64,000 bases of DNA from an uncultured Alphaproteobacteria bacterium (GTDB lineage: Bacteria > Pseudomonadota > Alphaproteobacteria > Acetobacterales > Acetobacteraceae), in the NCBI GenBank assembly GCA_963761015.1, contig CAVXFL010000004.1, positions 31,657 through 95,656 of the forward strand. Direction: 5' to 3'. The notes beneath the pieces were generated by a model, which saw only the letters and a program-made list of their open reading frames with translations, was not told the origin of the DNA and did not search any database. Positions within the stretch are counted from its first letter, which is position 1. The number at the start of each line of letters is the position of its first letter. The translations under genes and the position numbers were made by a program. This document shows, piece after piece, positions 59,711-64,000 of this stretch.

Positions 59711-60542
59711 TCACTTGCCCTTGTTGCGGCGGCGGATGATCAGCTTGTCCGTCCGCTTGTTGCTGCGCGTCTTGTAACCCTTGGTCGGCTTGCCCCAGGG
59801 CGTGACCGGATGCCGCCCGCCGGAGCTGCGGCCCTCGCCGCCGCCGAGCGGATGGTCGACCGGGTTCATCGACACGCCGCGATTATGCGGGCGCCGGCCG
59901 AGCCAGCGGCTGCGTCCCGCCTTGCCGATCGACTGGTTCGAATTGTCCGGGTTCGATACCGCGCCGACGCTCGCCATGCATTCGGCGCGCACGATGCGCA
60001 ACTCGCCCGAGGTCAGCTTGAGCTGCGCGTAGCCGGCATCCTTGCCGACCAACTGCGCATAGGTCCCGGCGGCACGCGCGATCTTGCCGCCGGCGCCCGA
60101 CCTTCATTTCCACGTTATGCACGATCGTCCCGACGGGAATGGCCGCCAGCGGCATCGCGTTGCCCGGCTTGATGTCCACGCGCCGTCCGGCCACCACCGC
60201 GTCGCCCGCGCGCAGCCGCTGCGGGGCCAGGATGTACGCCAGCTCGCCGTCCTCGTACTTGATCAGCGCGATGAAGGCGCTGCGGTTCGGATCGTATTCC
60301 AGCCGCTCGACGCGCGCCGGCACGTCGAACTTCCGCCGCTTGAAATCGACGTAGCGATACGTCTGCTTGTGGCCGCCGCCGCGGAAGCGCGTCGTGATAT
60401 GGCCGTGATTGTTGCGCCCGCCGGACCCGCTCTTGCCCTCGGTCAGCTGCTTGACCGGCTTGCCCTTCCACAGCTCGCCGCGGTCGATCAGCACGGTGCC
60501 GCGCAAGGTCGCGGTGACGGGATTGAAATGCTTCAGCGCCAT
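59711..60542 (-). pseudogene. rplB: 50S ribosomal protein L2, frame interrupted near 60094-60103 (probable sequence error)
   Basis: The N-terminal 2/3 ([15 protein letters not shown]...[10 protein letters not shown]) is in ORF 59883..60542. The C-terminal part (...[28 protein letters not shown]...HPLGGGEGR...) is in the frame of ORF 59711..60052. One extra base is implied. Confidence 0.93.
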
Positions 60543-60555
60543 GGCCGCGAACCCC

Positions 60556-60837
60556 TCAGGCCAATCCGCTGGTCAGGTCGATGGACTGACCCTGTTCGAG
60601 CGCGACATAGGCCTTCTTCACGTCGCTGCGTCGGCCGGGCCGGCCCTTGAAGCGCTTGGTCTTGCCCTTGACCAGCAATGTGTTCACCGACGTGACCTTC
60701 ACGCCGAACAAGCCTTCCACCGCCGCCTTGATGTCCGGCTTGGTCGCTTCCAGCGCGACGCGGAACACCATCTGGCTCCGCTCGCCCACGGTTGTCGCCT
60801 TTTCGGTAATGACCGGGCTGCGGATGATTTCGTACAT
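60556..60837 (-). CDS. rplW: 50S ribosomal protein L23
   Basis: [19 protein letters not shown]...[33 protein letters not shown]. Confidence 0.97.
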   Translation of the reverse strand: MYEIIRSPVITEKATTVGERSQMVFRVALEATKPDIKAAVEGLFGVKVTSVNTLLVKGKTKRFKGRPGRRSDVKKAYVALEQGQSIDLTSGLA

Positions 60838-60847
60838 GCCTCGCGGG

Positions 60848-61528
60848 TCAGGTGCGTCGCGCGCGTGCGCGCCGCGTCCGCCAAGCGATGCGGCGATGTC
60901 ATCGGCGCGATCTCCGCGCTCAGGCGTTCCTTCAGGCCCTCGATCCCGGACGTGGTGATCGCCAGCACGTCATGGTTGAGGATGTCGTAGACATTGGCGC
61001 CGACCGTCGGCAGCACGTCGATGCCGGCGAGAGTTCCGGCTGGCCCGCACGAACCCGGCGTCGATCGCCTGGTCGACGACCAGCGCCGAGCGCCAACCCA
61101 GAGTCTTCAGCTTCGCGGCGAGGTCCTTGGTCTTGCCGGCGTCGCCCGCCCGTCGAGCACCACGAGCTTGCCTTCGGCCTGCTTCTGCGACAGCGCGGAG
61201 ATCAGCCCGAGGCGGCGCACTTTCTTCGGCAGATCGTAGCCGTGGTCGCGCACACCGGGCCGTGCACCACGCCACCGGTGCGGAATTGCGGCGCCCGCAG
61301 GCTGCCTTGGCGGGCGCTGCCGGTGCCTTTCTGCCTCTACGGCTTCTTCGTCGTGCCCTGAACCTCGCCCATGCCCTTCACCTTGTGCGTGCCGGCGCGG
61401 CGCTTGGCCTGTTGCCAATGGACCACCCGCGCCATGATGTCGGCGCGCGGCGCGGCGGCGAAGATCTCGTCGGGCAACTCGATGGTGCCGGCGCTGGTGT
61501 TGTCGAGCGTGTTGATCTCGATCTGCAT
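60848..61528 (-). pseudogene. rplD: 50S ribosomal protein L4, in-frame TAG plus at least three frameshifts; 3' end unresolved
   Basis: The N-terminus (ORF 61337..61528) stops at TAG 61337-61339, exactly at the conserved aromatic of KKP[W/Y]RQKGTG. The same frame then continues [27 protein letters not shown]. Further conserved blocks ([17 protein letters not shown]; [15 protein letters not shown]; [20 protein letters not shown]) lie in three other frames, with junctions near 61250-61256, 61146-61153 and 61028-61036. Confidence 0.9.
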
Positions 61529-61539
61529 GGGTGAGATCC

Positions 61540-62225
61540 TCAGCCGGCGCGGCGCGGCGCAGCGCGGCCGGATAGGGCGCCTCGGCCGGACGCGTGCGCT
61601 TCACCGCGTCGCGCACCATCACGAACCCGCCCTTCGCGCCCGGCACCGCGCCGCGCAGCATCAGCAACCCCTTCTCGGCATCGACTGGGCCACTTCCAGA
61701 TTGAGCGTGGTGACGCGCTCGTCGCCCAGATGACCGGCCATTTTCTTGTTCTTGAAGGTGCGCCCCGGGTCCTGGCGGTTGCCGGTGGAGCCGTGGCTGC
61801 GATGGCTGATGGACACGCCGTGGCTCGCCTCGAGCCCGCTGAAGTTCCAGCGCTTCATCGCGCCGGCGAAGCTCTTGCCCTTGCTGGTGCCGATCACGTC
61901 GACGCGCTGGCCCTCGACGAAATGCGCCGCGGTGAGCGTCGGCCGCCGGCTCCAGCACCGCGTCGGCGGCGACGCGAAACTCGCACAGCTTCTGCTTCGG
62001 CTCGACCTTGGCCCGCGCGTAATGGCCGCAATTCGGCCGCGTCACGTTCTTCACCTTGGCGCGGCCCCAGCCGAGCTGCACGGCGGTGTAGCCGTCGCTC
62101 TCCTCGGTGCGCTGCGCGACCACCTGCAAATTGTCGATGTGCAGCACCGTGACCGGCACATGCGTGCCATCGGCCCGGAACAGGCGCGACATGCCGAGCT
62201 TCTTCGCCAGCAATCCCGTACGCAT
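61540..62225 (-). pseudogene. rplC: 50S ribosomal protein L3, at least three frame lesions
   Basis: [16 protein letters not shown]...[13 protein letters not shown] is in ORF 61107..62234. [32 protein letters not shown]...[17 protein letters not shown] is in the frame of ORF 61661..61897. [20 protein letters not shown] returns to the first frame. Junctions lie near 61936-61945 and 61668-61678. There is no in-frame stop before rplD, and the candidate TGA at 61540-61542 is out of frame. Confidence 0.9.
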
Positions 62226-62256
62226 CGGCGGCAATCCCCGTTCGTCCTGTCGAGCG

Positions 62257-62565
62257 CTACAGCTTGATCTCGACGTCGACGCCGGCGGCGAGGTCGAGCT
62301 TCATCAGCGCGTCCACCGTCTGCGGCGTCGGCTCGACGATGTCGAGCAGCCGGCGATGCGTCCGGATTTCGAACTGCTCGCGGCTCTTCTTGTCGACGTG
62401 CGGCGATCGGTTGACGGTGAAGCGCTCGATATGCGTCGGCAGCGGGATCGGCCCGCGCACCCGCGCACCGGTGCGCTTGGCCGTGTTCACGATTTCCTTC
62501 GTGCTGTTGTCCAGCACGCGGTGATCGTACGCCTTGAGGCGGATGCGGATATTCTGGTTGTCCAT
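62257..62565 (-). CDS. rpsJ: 30S ribosomal protein S10
   Basis: [19 protein letters not shown]...GPIPLPT...[13 protein letters not shown]. Confidence 0.98.
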   Translation of the reverse strand: MDNQNIRIRLKAYDHRVLDNSTKEIVNTAKRTGARVRGPIPLPTHIERFTVNRSPHVDKKSREQFEIRTHRRLLDIVEPTPQTVDALMKLDLAAGVDVEIKL

Positions 62566-62605
62566 TTTTCTTCAGTCCGCGTCGCGGCGTCCGCTCGGCC
62601 TTGCC

Positions 62606-63796
<1,191 letters not shown>

Positions 63797-63849
63797 CTGT
63801 CTTGTCTCCGTGCCCCGGGGCTCGTCCCGTCTCTTCTCTTGCTGAAAAT

Positions 63850-64000
<151 letters not shown>

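Overview
High-GC chromosomal segment with alphaproteobacterial hallmarks: DUF1013/TrcR-like, DUF1192 and paired DUF465 small proteins, and a prkA-yeaH-spoVR triad. I recognised no rRNA, tRNA, CRISPR array, transposase or integrase. Left to right: an ABC importer (SBP fragment, permease, ATPase); a cytochrome c; a TonB-dependent receptor divergent from a HisKA_3/LuxR two-component pair; a tight minus-strand operon (NodT-type outer-membrane factor, DUF2937-like, cupredoxin, OmpR-type regulator, TonB, PRTase-HAD fusion); an M20 peptidase; a FetAB-like exporter; glpK; an RraA-like protein; glcB; YciI; VOC; prkA-yeaH-spoVR followed by two odd small secreted proteins; paaABCDE; a Cox11-cytochrome c fusion; an HNH endonuclease; hydrolases; purEK; small cell-cycle-type proteins; a nucleoside hydrolase; a quinone oxidoreductase; a periplasmic ankyrin protein; hyuB/hyuA. 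The last 13 kb, on the minus strand, reads rpsG-tuf-rpsJ-rplCDWB-rpsS-rplV-rpsC-rplP-rpmC-rpsQ-rplNXE-rpsNH-rplFR-rpsE-rpmD-rplO-secY-adk. The window carries at least 20 reading-frame lesions in at least 13 conserved genes, including the essential rplB, rplC and rplD. Three lesions sit in an identical GTAC-C-GAG context, and lesions cluster densely in rplC-rplD. This looks like sequence or assembly error, possibly context-specific, rather than real decay, so the pseudogene labels mean only that the frame is interrupted in this sequence. Other points of interest: a Trp/Gly/Arg-rich repeat protein with a mini-lipoprotein partner, the Cox11-cytochrome c and PRTase-HAD fusions, and the absence of fusA between rpsG and tuf. 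Many long ORFs in the track are antisense or out-of-frame shadows typical of high-GC DNA.
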